From Trypanosoma brucei (lineage: Eukaryota), in contig CP000070.1 of the NCBI GenBank assembly GCA_000002445.1, positions 1,216,001 to 1,280,000 on the forward strand: a stretch of 64,000 bases of DNA, given 5' to 3'. The notes beneath the pieces are model-generated. The model made no database searches. It was not told the origin of the DNA and saw nothing but the letters and a program-made list of their open reading frames with translations. The position numbers and the translations under genes are program-made. Positions 22,374 through 34,045 of this stretch are shown here, in pieces; position 1 is the first letter of the stretch, and each line of letters opens with the position of its first letter.

Positions 22374-25300
22374 CACTACGAAGAGAGTAAACAAACAGTA
22401 GAGAAAACGATAGTAAAACAGAGGGGTTCGACAATGATGCATGATTTTCACAACAACGAATTAGCCGAACAACAGATTTGCGTGACAAAAAGGAAAAAAT
22501 ACGAACCACAGGCAAGTTAGAGGTCTAGGGGCTGTAAAGGGATGCAGGAAAATACAATTACGTGGCTGGATACGAAGCAGAGAGAAGAGTAGTGACCCAA
22601 AGTCGAAAGCAAAGTCAGAGAATACAGTATTTGCTAATGTTAATAACAAGGGAAAGAACGGCAGGAACGGACAAATTAAGTCGCGTTACTTCTTAAAGAA
22701 AAATGAGCTAAACCGACAACTTCAAGCATCTCCCCTGTGAACGCAACCCAGTTGCCGCAGTCAGACCCCAACCTCCAGTGGACAATGACAAGAAATACTT
22801 CTGCAAAAGAAGCTGTACAGACGGCAAAGGGGTACATTGGGGGTGTAGACGGAGAGAGAGACTTTTTACCCGCATGATCCTACTTGACAACGTGTCACAC
22901 CGTCAAGGGAACGCTTAAAAAATGCAGCGTATGCTATTTCAGTCGTGATTTACAATATCTATTTCCCCCTCCTTTCCAGCTCCTGCAGCAACGGACAATG
23001 AGTAAATATTACAAGGGCAGCCATCTTTGTCGAGATCGCACAGAACCCTTTAACGTCGGTGGTGCATAACACCCCACCCCTTCCTTCCCCACGAACTAGC
23101 GGATGCACACGTACCTCATTATACTGAACAGTTCAAGATCCACCACCTAAGAAGCGCTAAAACAAAAAGAAATGGGTGTGGGACCGCACCAATCGAAACG
23201 ATCTTTTCAAACTGAGAAAGGTGATTGAAAGGCCCCAATACATTACGAGTGCGGTTATCTGCACCAAGCTGCGTTGACGGGAACCGCTGGCGGCAAACGA
23301 CGAGGAAAGAAAGTGGCCAAAAGCACTAATGCATCGGGCATGAATAGGGAGGGGGTGATCCCACGAACCGATCACCAAAAAAGGGAACGACGTCACTTCG
23401 ACGTCGTTCTCTTTCGCCACACACGCCCACGCGCATCCCCGGATAAAAAATAAGATTGAACAAAAATGAAAGGGAAGGAGGGAAAAGGAGAAGGGCAACG
23501 ACGAGCCGCAGCGCATAGCAAAAGTGAGCCTCCATAAGACAGATGTGTGAAAAGGGGAGACCACCCAGTGGCCAATACTACCGTCCCCAAAACGAGGGCT
23601 GTACTGCCAGCACCACGCCACACTAGTGGGAGCTGACGGCACTCGGACACACCGCCATGCGCAGGTCCCGGGGCTAAGCCGGTTTTTAGGCCGCTTTCTG
23701 CAAAACCTGAACGAGTAGTGGGGGCTTAAGTCCACCCCTACCAGCAAAGGGCGGCGCTTTTGGTCACTTCGAGGCACCGGGAACCACCATTGGACATGTT
23801 ATTTCCGGCCCCCCGTCCATTAGCCTTCTGGGGCCTCAAAAATAGACAACAGCCGCCACCCCGGACGCGCGTTTTGGAATCTAAGCGCAAAGGGGCTGCC
23901 GCAGAAACCGGGTTGACATCGGTATTGGGGTCACAACGGTGGTTTAAAAGAGTGATCCCTCAGCGGGCCCTTGCCTAAATAAAAAGAAAACCGAATCGCG
24001 CCGGCGCTCGTCGAGCAAAGCTTCGCCTTTGCGGAGAGGCACCCGGCTGAACGAGTTGTTGTTGGGTTATATTCCGAGAATTTTGCAGGGGGTGGCTTCT
24101 TCGGGTCATAACATATGTACCCCACTTCCTCCTAGGATGGGTGTGTAATTTGACTGGAGAGTCGGGGAACATGAGCAGGGTGTTTTGTGTTCCACCGGTC
24201 AGGGGGCCGGGTTCTTTTTTTCATAAACGTCTATAGGTACGGGGTGTCTATTTTTGGGAGGAGTGCGTAGCCTGTTCCCTTATAGGCGTCCACGCAACTT
24301 CAGGCGAAAAATGCGGAAGAGAAAAAAAGAGGGTTGAACGACAGCGGCTTTTTACCTTTCGCTGAATATCGTTTCGTGAACTGTGTATAGTAGAGTTTCT
24401 GAATTTTTGGTCTCGCTACACTGTGTCATTTTAGCGAAATGAACTACGCAACGGTGTGGGCTTTGTTTTACATGCAGACGACAGCCGTGCCACCCGGCAT
24501 GTACCTGACGCACTTGACGGACCGCTGTCTCCTGGCCATTCCCTCATGTTACGGTGGCAACGTGTGGGGGAAAAGGTGGCGCTAGCCGTCGCGGCTCGCA
24601 CGGAGTTGAGATGTTGTGCAACTCGAAAACCAGCCACTTCCGTTTGTACAGCGTGGTTCTTGTAGGGGGACAAATGGTTGTTTATTTATACATTTAAGTG
24701 GCACATCAAAAGGATATGCGCGGCAGGGTTGTTCAGCCTCTTTGACAAGTACCCACAGCGGGAAACGCTTTTCGTTCCCCCTTTAAATGCGGTGCCTCCC
24801 AAAAACTGAGACGAAGGTCACTCGTGTGTGTGCATCCCTTCTCAATTTTCAAATGGTTAGCGGAAGTACGTCGCAGTCGAAAATGAGAACTGCTTCTGCC
24901 AACAAGAAACCCAACCGGGACACAAAATCGTACCACGAGTGAACGCTCAGTGGCCCGGGTAGTACTCAGCTTCTACCTTTTTATTTATGCGGGAAGGTTT
25001 AACGGCTGTGCTCCGTCTTTGCACCGCTGTTATTTCGTTGGGGGGAAAGTTTAAGGGGGGAAACTACAAAGTCTTTCAGAGAATAGGATGCTTTGGAACA
25101 CTTTCCTACCTTTGAACTATCTGTAATGGTAAGGATGTTGGGAAGAGGACTTGGGAGGGAATTTCGACCGTTTTGTTTGGAGAGCGCAGTGACGCTAAGA
25201 CAAAGGAGCCGTTGCAAAGGACGCGCCAAATAGCATTTAAATCCTGGGTGTAAAACGCGGGGTCATGTGCTTGCTCTGCTAAGTTTAATTTAATTTGTGC

Positions 25301-27974
25301 ACACACGCTCATGTGCATGACAATCCAATGGGTTTGAACCTTTCGGTTGATGTGAGAAGACAGAACAGAAAGTGCCGGGTGGAACCACCAATTTTTATAA
25401 CCAACGGCGCGCCACTGGGTCTACGGATGTGCCTGCAAGTTAGCAATCTGTAGAGTGTCCGTGGTGAAGTAGCAGCTGTCGTTTCAAAACTTTAAAATTC
25501 TCTGCTGAATATGTTGTACGATAGCGATGTGGAAACGTGTCATGTTATCTTGTGCCGTTTATCACACTGACAATGCAATAAGGTTCGCCAACAATTCACT
25601 GCGAAACTAAACTAGCACAACGTCATCAAAGGTGAAGCGCTAGGGGTACGTACGTGTTTTTCGTGGGAAACCATGTTTGCGTGAATTTCAGCAACACAAT
25701 TGGTGTGTTCGATGAAACAATTCCATTGAAGTTAGTAACTGTTGCCTCTTACAGATTTGTTGAGGGACACAAGACACGTCGTACCGTCCGAAATTACTAT
25801 GCCTTCAGCTGAGCTAAAGGGGACTTATGCGACGCTCCCTATATTATTGGTGATTTTTTCTTTAAAGTTTATGAAAGGTAAAATCTGTTACCTTTTGTTA
25901 ATTGGGGAGCTGGGGACAGAAATTTTGTGTGGGTTATACAAGTCGTTTTGACGGAGATGTTAAGCATTACTACAGCTTTGATATACGCACACTGCTGTTT
26001 TCGATTGACGTGTGAAAACAGAGTGGCATGGCGTTGGGCAGTATAGCAAGCAGTAACACATCAGTTCTCGTCGTGAAGCGGTTACTCGTCGCCGTTACTT
26101 GACATCCACCCACTGTATACACAACAGTCTACCCGTTATCCTTACAAGAGCAGTTGTTCTGACCTTATCATGTGACTGTGATAGGGGCATTCTGTTATTC
26201 ATCTTGCAAAATTTTCGGACCGCCGCCAAGTGACTTCTCCAAGAAATAATTGGAACACACCTCCACAGAAGTTGATGATCATTTATTTATTTATTTAAAA
26301 TCACGTCACAATCAGAGGAGATGTGCAGATGCGGCAGTAGGGTAGTTGAGTTTTATTTCATGTTGACACCGAGGCACTTCAACTGCGCGAGAAGAAAATA
26401 CTTAAGATGTAGTCTCGTGCTCCAAACTAGTTTGCATAATCAGTGAGAAGTATTGTGCAGATTGTGGTAGCGTTTTTTTTCTAATAAAAAAACCGCTGGG
26501 GTGCCCACTACTTGTGTGTACTTGATTTGATTTGGCAACTGCCAACACTGTTTGTGAAGATGGTGGCAGTTAGGAGTTGTTCGTGTACGATCAGCTCACT
26601 GAATTTTTAACGCGATACCCGTTGTGCACACCGATTCAAGTAGAAAATGGGTGACGGCAACACCAACACGTTGCGGAACCGACGTTTGTCGGTGATGGAC
26701 GATGGTTTTGCGATTCCACATGCCGTTAAACGTTACTACTCAATGCTTTGATAACAGAGGCATTGTCTTTGCTTGAAAGGTACCGCTACTGTTCTTAACC
26801 TTACATAACTAATTATCGGCCGTCTGTTTGTATTTGTTTTCAGCTTGTCCAAATCGGTTTTTGTGAGGGTGTCGTGCGATGTTGCACTCTAACACACTTG
26901 ATCTAACAACGGCTGCTGTTGTCGTTTCCGTTTTGGTGCCGATCCTGCACCTCTTCGAAAAATATGTTGAGGGGCAGACAACAGCGTAGACAAAGGCGTG
27001 GTTATGCCTGATATGTGCTTATATTTTAAAAAATGCCAGCAACTGTCGTCACCCCTTTAACTTGGTGGGCCGCCGGCGCCAAGTGGTTTAATACTCGTCT
27101 TGGCGTAGGTAATGCATATTGGTATTTGCTGCTCAATGTAAACGAGCACGTTGCTGTAAGCCGTTGTTACGACCAGCATCAGGGCATGACGACTAAATTC
27201 TGAATCCCCTCTCGCTGTGTAATTGATTTCCGTGCATTTGAGAGCCGGCGCAGCTTACCGTTAACAAACGTTCACATACTCAGCCTTCTTACAGCTGTAG
27301 AATAAGTCTAGTAACGAACACTAAAGTAACACGAAAGCACAAAAAAATGCTGGTGATATCTTTTCTTTTCGGTGCCGCGAGCAACTGACCTTAAGCCGCC
27401 AGTCGAGCTTTGAGTAAAGAAGGGCAGTCGCATGAACATTACAATTTGTCCGAATTTGTTTCCTTTGTTACCACAAGTTATTTGTTGCAGTGGTCACTTG
27501 GTGAGCGGTATTCGTTTTATGATGAATGCTGTTGTTGTTTTTTTTTTGTTACTTCTCTCGAAGCCTTTGCTCACGAAGAAAATACCCAAGCTTACTCGAA
27601 TTTTGTTTTGCCATTGGCGGTTACCGGGGCCACAAAGCTCGAAAGGCACAACGTGAAGGATATAGGGGGGGGGGCATATTTATGTCCGTGATGGAGTCCA
27701 TCAACGAACCAAGACCCGTTTGCATCCCTATTTTACTCAGCCTTCGGATTTGTTCGAGGTGCAGACTCAATGCGCCAGTTTATTTATTTATGCTTATTTA
27801 CTAGATTTCTTCTAAGACGTTGGGAGGGTGCCACTCCCGGAATGATACCTTTCAATATCTCCTGGCAATGGCATTGCATACAAGAACGAAGCTAACGCTA
27901 CTCTATACCCCACTTCTCTCTCATCAACTTTATTGTGTTCCACGTCTTGCGCAATTGCTGTTTGTAGGTGCAAG

Positions 27975-28241
27975 ATGGGAAAGCAAAAGAAGCGGCTTCC
28001 AAAGCAAAAGCGGAAAGTCCCTATGGCAGAGCGCTCCCGTAAGCTAACAAAAAAGGGAAAACTTAAACGCCGACGCGGTGACCTGAAAATGGTCCACAAT
28101 CTCGATGTCAGTTTCCCCGTGAAGCAAAAGAAAGGTGGAAAGTGGGTGAGAACGGGTGAGCGCCGCTGCAACGTACACACGGTTTGCAATTGTGTTAACC
28201 GCACGGATCCCACCAAAATGGCACGAGTGACGAATCGTTGA
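27975..28241 (+). CDS. Candidate small basic protein (88 aa) with a K/R-rich N-terminus and a C-terminal Cys/His cluster (C-x4-H-x3-C-x-C). It is the only plus-strand candidate gene in the window
   Basis: ORF 27933-28241 with internal start MGKQKKRLPKQKRKV at 27975. Immediately upstream lies a polypyrimidine tract (ccccacttctctctcatcaactttattgtgttccacgtcttgcg) followed by AG dinucleotides (gtAGgtgcaAGatg), the classic kinetoplastid trans-splice acceptor configuration. Codon composition is plausible but the region is purine-rich. Confidence 0.3.
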   Translation: MGKQKKRLPKQKRKVPMAERSRKLTKKGKLKRRRGDLKMVHNLDVSFPVKQKKGGKWVRTGERRCNVHTVCNCVNRTDPTKMARVTNR

Positions 28242-29992
28242 GGACCCACCCAACACACCTGGAGATAGCAGTAAAGTGTGTTTTCCCTGCAGTGTCAGAC
28301 GTGCGCCTTCCACCGCTCACGGAAAGCGTTATGTTCCCCACGTAAGGGAAGAGGCCGCGTACGCGTACGTGGCTCAGGTGCCGTCACCTCGTCGGCCATA
28401 CGCACAAAGCACCCGCAGTCACAACTCTGCGGTCAACCGTGCACCCCCGTACTAACCCATTGGCCAACCATCTCACCGCGTACCTTTTTACTTATTCAGT
28501 CCTTTTTTTTTTCTTGGTTTTAGAGTTCACTATGTAAAGGCGGTGCGCAAGCCAGTGTAGTATTCGGCGGGGATTCGAATGCGGGGAGGCTCCAAGACAG
28601 CAACCCAGCAGCAGCGGCTCGGCTGGAGGAGAACTGGAGAGGGGAAGGGAAGGGGGCGGCGCGGAAGCATCGCGGCAGCGTGGGTCTCCAAGGCTGACGT
28701 TTAGGAGGTCCGCCACGAACCCGGCACCTGTTCCCGACACACACGCGGGATTTAGAGGCAACACCCCCGCCCCGTGGATTTAGGAAGTATTGGGGAATAT
28801 GCTCTAACTGGTAAAATAAAAGGGGAGCAAGGAGGTAACCTCTGGAAAGGCGATGGAAACTGTTTTCCGGGTGGCATAACCGACGTTTGGACAGAAGGGG
28901 CGCCCAAAGAGGAAGGCGATACGGGACGAAGGAACGAAGAGATAAACCGCCCACGCGGCCACCCAGGGGAAAGGGAAACCTAACTCACTGAAAATTTATT
29001 TCAAGAAGCCAGCAGCCACGCGAGCACGGGCCCTCTGGACACATAAGTTTCTCGCTTTTAGAAACTGGCAACTGAGAAAACATTTCAACTCGCATGGAGA
29101 GTTTGTCTTTCCAAAGAGGCGCGAAATTTGGGGACTGTATATGGGGGAGGAGGGCTTGGGCGCAAGGCACCGGTGTAATAGAAGGTAGGAAAGCACAACC
29201 CGGACCGTGAGCAAGATTCGCCAAGCGCGGTTCAACTCCTCCGTTGTTTCCGCACTGAAAGCGGTCGGTCACAAGCTCTCGCCCCGGCGCGCGCCGGTGG
29301 CGGTTTGTGGCTGCTCTTGTGATCCGTCGGTGGTTTAGGTGATGCGTTTTACTTCTCAAACGCGCCGTCGCCCACATTTGAATCTACCTGCCTAAACAAT
29401 TGAAAGAACAGAAGGAAACGCGCAGATGGCAGCGAAGAGACCACCGGCTTAGCGCCTCGCAGTCCGCGCATCACCCCACTTCCGACCGCATTCAAAGTGG
29501 AATTTAGCAATTCTTCTTTCACACCCCTGCCGACACACAAAAAGAAAATAATAGTAATATTGACAATAATGATAATGATGAACAACCCGGGAATATAGTC
29601 AACGTGTGGCTAAAAAATAAATAAATAAAAGGGACCCTCGCACGAACACACAAGACAGCGCGTCCGAAGATTTTCGGCGACGGTTTGTGCGTCTGCGACC
29701 GAATATTCAATCCACTGTTAATCATCCTCCACACCCTCCTACTTTAACCACATCGTTTCTGTTTCAAAAGTCAACCCCTTTTTCGTTTCACATTTTTATC
29801 CATTACATGTTTCCCCCTTAATGCGCGGACCCTCACCTCGTAGCTCGGTTTACTTTAATTCATTTTACCCCCACGCACCTATTTTCCCCAGACGATCCCG
29901 TTTTCTTTCCTTCTTTTTATCCCCCCTCTTCCCGTTCCCCGCTCGCTCGTTAACGCTCGCTCCGTCGATAACATTAATTTTTCGCACGAGAC

Positions 29993-30244
29993 TCACTTTG
30001 TCGCTTCGTTTCGGACTTCCTTGACGGCCTTAAGGACGTTCTTCGGTAGTTTGGCGGTGGCAAATATGAGGTTGGTGCGGCGGTCCAACTCCGACTTCAA
30101 CTCATCCACCCTCCCCGATTCCTCCTTCTCGTCCCGCCTTCCACCGGCGCCTCCCGCTTGCGGTTTCGGAGCGCGACCCGCGTCCTGCGCATCTCCCCTG
30201 CTGCCGCCGGCTTGGGGCTTTGCTGCTCCGCCTCGTCCCTTCAT
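29993..30244 (-). CDS. Candidate small Gly/Ala/Lys-rich protein (83 aa) with an amphipathic C-terminal helix
   Basis: MKGRGGAAKPQAGG...VDELKSELDRRTNLIFATAKLPKNVLKAVKEVRNEATK. High GC3 and a coding-like composition. A strong polypyrimidine tract lies on the minus strand at ~30555-30590, upstream. Confidence 0.25.
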   Translation of the reverse strand: MKGRGGAAKPQAGGSRGDAQDAGRAPKPQAGGAGGRRDEKEESGRVDELKSELDRRTNLIFATAKLPKNVLKAVKEVRNEATK

Positions 30245-31230
30245 TTCTCCTTTGAATTGTAAATGGCACGCGGTTATTCAATTGATGTGTTTGGATAATG
30301 TGTCCGATACGCCCAATTAATTAATATTATAAGCTAGACGGTGTGAATTGCCGCGTATAACCAACTGGGCAGATGAAACTGCGCGCTTGCTTCCTTTTTC
30401 GGATGCGTGTATGTCTTAACTGACGCTTTTGCCTTCTCGATATAAAGATGATGGGCTCATGGTACAGCGCACGGGCGACAGGGAGGCCATGACAGTGTGA
30501 ACGGCCATGGATGGGTGTCAGCGGCGACACAAAAACAAAACAACAACAAGTGATTGGCAAAGAGGAAGGGGAGGGGACGGAAAGAAATACGGAATAAATT
30601 GTGAAAATCGTGAAGGCCCGCCGCTTTCACATCCATAATCCCAACGCATTTCCACAAAAAAGACCACAGTACTCGGTAACGCAGGGAACGTTCAGGCTTC
30701 AGCCGATGCAAGCAATACGAATTTAAAAACACAGAGAACCTCTTTCAGCAAGGTGAAAACGCGACGAGTCCACGTGAAGACAAAAAAAAGGGCAATAAAC
30801 CACACAACAAAGTGCAAGGGATGGTTTCGCACACGGTGAATCACCTTATCATTCGACTAGGGCGCAAAAATTAACAACAATACCAACTTTCCCCCCTTTA
30901 AAGAATGAGGGGGAAAAAAAAAGAAACACCCCTCCTCCCTCTTTTCCGCGCCTCTTTATTATGGGGCCAAAAAACACATATACCTCACCTCCGGTGTTGG
31001 TCAAAGCTTTTAAGACCCCCTGACGGGAGCAACAACGACTGCAAAGAGACGGTAAACACACAAGAAGAGTGAAGAAGAAATGACAAAAGGGGAAAGGGAG
31101 GAACAAAACGCACTAAACATGGGCATGTATGCCCCAAAATCTCCTCCCGCCCAGCCACCCGGAAAAGCACAGAAACTCGGGTGACGGCATGCACGTCGCG
31201 CGGAAGAAGAGGGAAGAAAAAGAGTCCTGT

Positions 31231-32223
31231 TCAAGAGTCCGCGAAAGCTTGAAGCTCCCGCTCACTGAAACCCGATGCAATACGTTTGTGGTAGCATATT
31301 GTCCTACAAAACTGCCTCAACGCCATTGACCCCAGAACAAACAACACAATGACCATCAACACTATGGAACTTAAGAGAATAATGTAGAAGGGTTTCTCAT
31401 TCCTTTCCGGTGGGACCGGGGGCGGTGGTGGCGTAGGGCCGGGTTCTGGTCCTGGTTTTGGCCCAGGTGGAGGTTGTAACCCCGAAATGGCAACCTTAGC
31501 CGCTTCATTTCCCGCCGCCACTGCCATCGGTACCTGCTGCGCTGCTCCCTGGCGGGCCTCACTCGCGGCGCCGACAATACCCTCCAACTCCCGTAATAAT
31601 TTCTCAGTCTCGGTGAGGTTCGCCCGTATGGTCGGGTCTTTCACAAACGGTAGCGCCCGTTGCATGGCGTCATTCAGCGAGTCTGCTGTGACGTTCTTTC
31701 TCTCCCTCTTGTTACATTTGTCAGTGACGTGCTGCCTAAACGAAACCTCCGCATCATCCACTAAGTGCTTGAGATACCCGTTCGCCACCTCAGCGCACTG
31801 CACAACACGCACTGCGGCATCCTTGAACTGCGACCACAGTCCTCGGACCCTTTGGATTTCTTCGTTACACAGAACGATTGCAGTTCTTACTTTGTTAAAC
31901 GCGGCCAAAACAACTTCAATAGCTTCAGCTGACTGTGAGGAAGCCGCCCGCAGCACGGCGGCGTAGGCCTTTCGTACTTCCATCTCCGCTATTGCCCCGC
32001 TTTGTGACGCCACAGTGGCGTTTCGGCGCACATGCACCTTCATAGAATCAACAGCATCCCACGGCACTCCATTCAATTGTTTGATTAATTCACACACGGC
32101 CTCGTCACCGTCATTCTCGGTGAGTGCCGTCCTCCCAAGCACACTCCCAAACAAGAGGAAGCTAAGATATACGTAATAAATCAAGATCATTACCTCGTTG
32201 GTCACACGATGCGCAATTAACAC
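31231..32223 (-). CDS. Predicted type I membrane protein: signal peptide, helical ectodomain with N-glycosylation sites, Pro-rich stalk, single TM, short cytoplasmic tail
   Basis: N-terminal MILIYYVYLSFLLFGSVLG. NATV/NVTA/NLTE sequons. Stalk QPPPGPKPGPEPGPTPPPPPVPP. TM FYIILLSSIVLMVIVLFVLGSMAL. Tail RQFCRTICYHKRIASGFSERELQAFADS. Confidence 0.55.
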   Translation of the reverse strand: MLIAHRVTNEVMILIYYVYLSFLLFGSVLGRTALTENDGDEAVCELIKQLNGVPWDAVDSMKVHVRRNATVASQSGAIAEMEVRKAYAAVLRAASSQSAEAIEVVLAAFNKVRTAIVLCNEEIQRVRGLWSQFKDAAVRVVQCAEVANGYLKHLVDDAEVSFRQHVTDKCNKRERKNVTADSLNDAMQRALPFVKDPTIRANLTETEKLLRELEGIVGAASEARQGAAQQVPMAVAAGNEAAKVAISGLQPPPGPKPGPEPGPTPPPPPVPPERNEKPFYIILLSSIVLMVIVLFVLGSMALRQFCRTICYHKRIASGFSERELQAFADS

Positions 32224-32894
32224 CGTCGCAGCGGAGACTTCCTTTCCAAATTAGCAAGCCATTCGCCACGGGAACGCACGGGTGGTACGACGAAAAGGGA
32301 GAGAAGAGGAAAGAACAAGAGGAGGGAACAAAAGTGAACCTCATGGGGCGTGTGTGTGTGTGAGGAGGTTTCTAGTGGCCACGAGCAACATGCCACACAT
32401 TTAAATATTTCGCGCGCATCTGCGGCTGGTGGTCGGGAAAATTGGGGAAGAAAAAAAGAAAGGAAAAGAGCCGCCGCATCTGTATCACCTCTTGGGCTCT
32501 TTTTTTTCCCCCTCCCTCCTCGGTGCGTGACATTGTTCTGCAGCCAACCAAATCCCGTTAACACAACTTGCGCTGCTACCACCAGATGTGCCCGATAATT
32601 ACTTGTGCTGACATCTAGAAAACAATAAGAAAGAGCAGGATGAAAGGGGAAGTGTTCATACGCATCGTTGAATACAATGCCACGCATATGCAAGCAAGCA
32701 TACCCCATCGTAAGTGGACAGAAACTTGTGTACGGTTAAGCAAATGCGACAAAGCAAAAAAAAAAAAAGACAAGAGAAACCTAGCGGTACGGAGAAGGGG
32801 GCACACACATACACACCCCGGCAATAAATAACATTGTGTGACATAATTTCTTCACTTTCCCCTCTTCCATCCCTCCCTCCCTCTCCCTCCCAAA

Positions 32895-32951
32895 ACACAC
32901 ACACACACACACCATCACATTCAAAACGCGCATATATATATATATATATAT
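32895..32951. repeat. (AC)9 followed by (TA)10 compound microsatellite
   Basis: Direct reading. Confidence 0.9.
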
Positions 32952-34045
32952 AATCTTCAGCCCGGCCACATCCAATTTGTTCACCAACGTACGCCAGCGA
33001 ACCGTCTCCAGGCAATGAATCAGAGACGAAGGAAAGAGGACGGAGTTGAATTCAATCGGTTACCGGACGAAAAATAAAACAAGTGGGTGGAATTCGGCGG
33101 GAAGCGCGGGACATAAAAACAAAAAAAAATCTGTTACTGACTCTTCTTTTTGTTTCTGATGCTTCAATTTCTCGGCGTACCCGCATTTGCAAACAACAAC
33201 AAATCCCTTACATTCACTTCATAAACTTACTACAACCACACACGAAAAAAATTCCGCGATGTTGGCGTTGCAGCTCCTCGAACACGGCCTACTACCACGC
33301 ACGCCACCAGGCCCCTAACCGTTGTCGCTTGTTGCATTAGCACTGTTAAATTCATTTACCCTCTCCCCCTTCCCACCTGTTTAATCCCTAAACTCATCTG
33401 TTTGAACCGTAGCGAAAAGATTCAAGAAGTCATTACAGTGATAATGATTGTAATAATTATTATTATAGTAATATCATATGGCAGGCAGCGGTGAGTTTAA
33501 AACACAAAAACAAAAGGGAACACATACGTCCGTTCCAAACTTTCGTCTCAGTTTCAAATGCGCTGGCGAGACGGAGGCGGTAGTTAAGAGGAGGGAAGTA
33601 TACGTTTGGGGGGATGGAGAAAGATCAGCAAAGAAACTAAAGTCATCTCAGCTTTTGTTTGCTTCTGCCTTTTCGTGCCTATTAACGTTGGGGGGAGGGA
33701 AGAGAGGGAAGAGGGAAGAAAATCGTTGTGAGCACACTGTGGCCGAAAACAGTTAATGCTCAAACGCAATATTCCTTGCGATGCTGTGATTGCCTTTCAC
33801 AACCCCATTAGGGTGTAATATGATAGCAAGTAGATTCTCTCGCTTCTTCTATCCCCTTTAATACCACCTTTATAATTTAGTTACGTGTTCCCTTCTGCTC
33901 CCTCTCCAGCACTCCTTCACGTGCACTCAAACACACGCACCTCTATATTTTCTTCCATCTCAAGCCCCCCCCCTGCTCATTTCAGCCAGCATTTGCCGCT
34001 GCTGCCCCACCCCTACTTCCACCTTCCTTAATATATCTTTCACAA

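Larger units (their letters stand above)
22452..31230. other. ORF-poor ~8.8 kb interval between two minus-strand gene arrays, read as a transcription-unit boundary or strand-switch region. Contains GC-rich islands (23.15-24.7 kb; 28.25-29.5 kb) and GT-rich plus-strand tracts (25.4-27.9 kb)
   Basis: No ORF longer than 210 aa, and none with a coding-like composition except the two short candidates listed separately. Base composition is clearly distinct from the flanking arrays. Confidence 0.6.

Noticed and set aside
23157-23777. 206-aa minus ORF inside the GC-rich island
   Set aside because: Composition dominated by S/F/C/R/W, no acceptor signal, and overlapped by other frame ORFs. Most likely non-coding.
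23590-24225. Possibility of a 7SL-like or snRNA-like Pol III gene ending at the T7 run at 24208-24214
   Set aside because: No upstream divergent tRNA (the usual trypanosome Pol III promoter arrangement) and no recognisable conserved SRP, U-snRNA or vault motifs. Left as an unexplained GC-rich island in the findings.
27519-27526. C-box-like atgatga (and a second at ~29573) as a C/D snoRNA
   Set aside because: No CUGA D box at the appropriate spacing and no terminal stem.
28560-28580. ggattcgaatgc motif resembling a tRNA T-loop on the minus strand
   Set aside because: The flanking bases cannot form a 5-bp T-stem, and there is no D-arm or acceptor pairing. I found no tRNA anywhere in the gap by manual A/B-box scanning. 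A tRNAscan-SE run is needed to be sure.
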